Shown here one piece after another: positions 57,065 through 59,663 of a stretch of DNA of 59,663 bases. The notes beneath the pieces were generated by a model, which ran no database searches, was not told the DNA's origin, and worked only from the letters and a program-made list of their open reading frames with translations. Made by a program: the position numbers and the translations under genes. This stretch comes from a virus (Duplodnaviria; Caudoviricetes): IMG/VR virus record IMGVR_UViG_3300034356_001545, positions 1-59,663 of that record; one strand, 5' to 3'. Each line of letters starts with the position of its first letter. The stretch's first letter is position 1.

Positions 57065-59663
57065 TTTAATTTAGATTCTAATTGTTCAACACGAGCAGCG
57101 AGTTCTTTATTGGCCTCTATAAGGAGGCCAATTAACTTTTCGTATCGTACTGCAAGATAGCCCGTGTCGTTTGTACGTATTGCAGTAGGCATTACCTCTT
57201 GCACCTCTTGTGCGATTACACCAGTGTCGTGTCCTTCATATCCGTGAGCGTGTTTCAGCTCTGGCTTCCAGTCGAACTCCACACCAGTGAGTGACTTCAC
57301 TTTGTCAAGTGCGTTCTCAATTGGCTTAATGTTTTCCTTTAGGCGGAGGTCGGAAGACGAGAATGCTACGATGTCGTTGGATGCATCAATGCGTCCGTCA
57401 GTAGTATTGGGATTAACCCCAACGCCAATAGAGCCGGAGGACACCTTTATATCTCCACTTACTTCTAACTTATATGAGGCGCTTGATATTCCTATTCCAA
57501 TTCCAGTTCCATTGTCTGATGCAATTGATGTTACTAGTTCACTTGGACTGCTCCACTTTGCTAAAAAATTTGTAGTTCCCAATCCTAATTGAGCATACCT
57601 GTCATCAAGATCTGTAACTCCAACCCCAAGCACGTGACCAAACTCATCGATGGCTATGTTTTGAAGAACATATCCATCGCTGTAATCTGTAGAGCTAGGA
57701 GAAGCAGCATCGCTAAGGCTACCAATTGCAATTGCCACTTCGCCAAGAGCTTCAAATATTCCTCCGTCGGCTATCACTCGATCCCTAAATTCTTCGGCGG
57801 TTACGAAGTCAGCACCATCAGCAACTCCGTGGGTAACAGTTATCGAGCCACTCGTGGTGATAGGTCCACCTGCAACTTCAATGCGGGCTCCTGCTGTAAG
57901 ATTAACGCTGGTAACCGTTCCCGTATTAGTGGTAAATCCACTAGGGTTAGAAGCTAAGTAATAGGTACTGTTATCGTAGCTTATGGTTGTGCCGCTTGCC
58001 TTTACAAAACCAGTTCCATTAAGCTGTGGTTGTTTGCTGTTGAAGGTGCCCCAATCCGTAGAGGAAAGGTATCCGTCTGTAGAAACTCCAGACTGGGTAA
58101 TGCCAATGGTACCAGTTGTAGTAAACGTTCCTCCAGTGATTGGTGCAGTAGTGGCTACAGATGTTACCGTACCCACAAACTGGTCCGTATAGTTTGGGAT
58201 GTTTAAGGTGTTGCTGATAAACGTAGCGGCCCCAGTACTGCCCGTGGTAGTCAAAGTAATCGCTGACTGCTTACCATTAAATGTAGTCCAATCAGTAGAA
58301 GACAAAGCGCCTCTGTTGGCAGCGCTAGCAGTTGGAACCTGTAAGGTAATTACTGGAGTCGTTGTACCGTTTACAACGGTACTCGACAGGTCTGTACCTG
58401 TGGTCCCTATGGTGAGGGCTGCAACGCTAGTAACGGTGCCGCCGGAGGATGGGGATGAATTGGTAACAGTGAAGCTGGGGTAAGTTCCGCTTACACTGAT
58501 ACCTGTTCCCGCTGTTAGAACAACTGTTTGGTCGGGGGCGGTATTAGTAACCGTAATGGAACCACTTGATGTAATAGGTCCACCACTAACAGATATTCCA
58601 GTGCTTGCCGTGAGGTTCACGCTGGTTACCGTGCCAACGAACTGATCGTTTGAAGTGACCGTAAAGCTTGGATAGGTTCCGCTTATAGTAGTAGTGCCTG
58701 CCCCTGTCAGCGAAACGACTTGATCTGGTGCACTGTTGGTGATGATGCCAGTTGAGGTATCGTATGTAATGCCAGTTCCCGCGCTTAACGCGGAACGGGC
58801 TCTAGCGTTGGTAAAATAAAGGTTTGTAGGCCCCTCTATAATATCATCAGTGTCGAGAGTAATAGAACCCACTCCAAGCAGGTGCCCGAATTCATCTAAG
58901 ACAATGTTTTGAAGTACGGTACCCCCGCTGTTGTCGGTGTCTTGTGGGGTGGCGATATCTTCTAGTGAGCCAATTGCGATAGCCACATCGTTAAAGGCTT
59001 CAAAAGTTCCTCCATCAGCAATAACCCTAAGGCGAAATGACTGAGCAGTAGTAACATCCGCTCCGCTACTTGTTCCGTGTGTTACTGTAATTGAACCGCT
59101 AGTTGTTATTGGACCACCACTTACCTCAATACGATCACCAGCGGTAAGGTTAACACTAGTGACCGTCCCAACGAATTGGTCTGCGTAGTTGGGAATGTTT
59201 AGCGTATTGCTGATAAATGTTGCAGCCCCTGTGGTTCCTGTAGTTGTAAGGGTTATCGTTCCCTGCTTGTTGTTAAAGGTATTCCAGTCCGTAGAACTTA
59301 GAAACCCGCTCGTAGTCGTGGTTGCTTGAGATACCTGTATTGTGGTACCGCTTCCAATGACCGCCCCGGTGCCTCCCGTAATTGTAAGAACGGAGGAGGT
59401 CGCTTCTGTTAGGTTGCCTTTTGTAAGCGCTGGCTCCTTGCTATTAAACGTATTCCAATCGGTTGAACTTAGGTATCCGTCCGCTGCAGCTCCAGACTGA
59501 GTAATCCCAATAGTGCCAGTGGTGATTATTGTACCGCCAGTAATCGGGGCAGTAGTGGCTACAGATGTTACGGTCCCTACAAACTGATCCGCAGAGTTGA
59601 TGGTAATGGTATCCGTAGTTGCGTTAGTGGTAATCGTTACATTAGTACCAGCAACAATGGTAA
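57061..59663 (-). CDS. Repetitive tail fibre with C-terminal peptidase S74 intramolecular chaperone; N-terminus beyond the window
   Basis: GTVTSV and LSSTDW.TFN.KQ repeats; SD.RLKENI...G.IAQEV...V.YEKL; frame appears to stay open upstream of 58986. Confidence 0.85.
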   Translation of the reverse strand, partial: TIVAGTNVTITTNATTDTITINSADQFVGTVTSVATTAPITGGTIITTGTIGITQSGAAADGYLSSTDWNTFNSKEPALTKGNLTEATSSVLTITGGTGAVIGSGTTIQVSQATTTTSGFLSSTDWNTFNNKQGTITLTTTGTTGAATFISNTLNIPNYADQFVGTVTSVNLTAGDRIEVSGGPITTSGSITVTHGTSSGADVTTAQSFRLRVIADGGTFEAFNDVAIAIGSLEDIATPQDTDNSGGTVLQNIVLDEFGHLLGVGSITLDTDDIIEGPTNLYFTNARARSALSAGTGITYDTSTGIITNSAPDQVVSLTGAGTTTISGTYPSFTVTSNDQFVGTVTSVNLTASTGISVSGGPITSSGSITVTNTAPDQTVVLTAGTGISVSGTYPSFTVTNSSPSSGGTVTSVAALTIGTTGTDLSSTVVNGTTTPVITLQVPTASAANRGALSSTDWTTFNGKQSAITLTTTGSTGAATFISNTLNIPNYTDQFVGTVTSVATTAPITGGTFTTTGTIGITQSGVSTDGYLSSTDWGTFNSKQPQLNGTGFVKASGTTISYDNSTYYLASNPSGFTTNTGTVTSVNLTAGARIEVAGGPITTSGSITVTHGVADGADFVTAEEFRDRVIADGGIFEALGEVAIAIGSLSDAASPSSTDYSDGYVLQNIAIDEFGHVLGVGVTDLDDRYAQLGLGTTNFLAKWSSPSELVTSIASDNGTGIGIGISSASYKLEVSGDIKVSSGSIGVGVNPNTTDGRIDASNDIVAFSSSDLRLKENIKPIENALDKVKSLTGVEFDWKPELKHAHGYEGHDTGVIAQEVQEVMPTAIRTNDTGYLAVRYEKLIGLLIEANKELAARVEQLESKLK

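Noticed and set aside
1-59663. Stop-codon reassignment, tRNA genes, integrase, DNA polymerase
   Set aside because: Core genes are intact in the standard code and use all three stops; none of the others was recognisable by eye, though they may lie outside the window

Overview
The window is a large part of a tailed dsDNA phage genome, podovirus-like and related in architecture to crAss-like/Cellulophaga-type phages. A Bacteroidota host is inferred from many TAnnTTTG (-7) promoters and A-rich, SD-less leaders. The layout has four blocks. (1) A minus-strand late block (1-14.4 kb) holds tail genes, an HNH nuclease, portal, terminase, a GroES-like protein, small basic proteins, a methyltransferase, an M15 endolysin and a GIY-YIG nuclease. 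(2) A ~0.9 kb non-coding divergence region has a hairpin-rich segment and 20-bp repeats. (3) A plus-strand early/replication block (15.3-32.5 kb) holds small ORFs, ERF, RecE-like exonuclease, primase-helicase, RusA-like resolvase, glycosyltransferase, nrdB, a DnaA-CTD HTH and nrdA. (4) A minus-strand virion block (32.5-59.6 kb) holds a u-spanin candidate, a 2662-aa polyvalent protein with zincin and ART domains, tail proteins, major capsid protein, membrane proteins and tail fibres. The most striking signal is an apparent RNA-based regulatory layer. Two type I hammerhead ribozymes sit just 5' of early-gene start codons. Two promoter-to-terminator small RNAs are antisense to translation-initiation regions: one to the GIY-YIG nuclease leader, one to early-gene leaders about 31-33 kb away. 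There is also a candidate ~260-nt structured ncRNA. All calls come from reading the sequence by eye; no searches were run.
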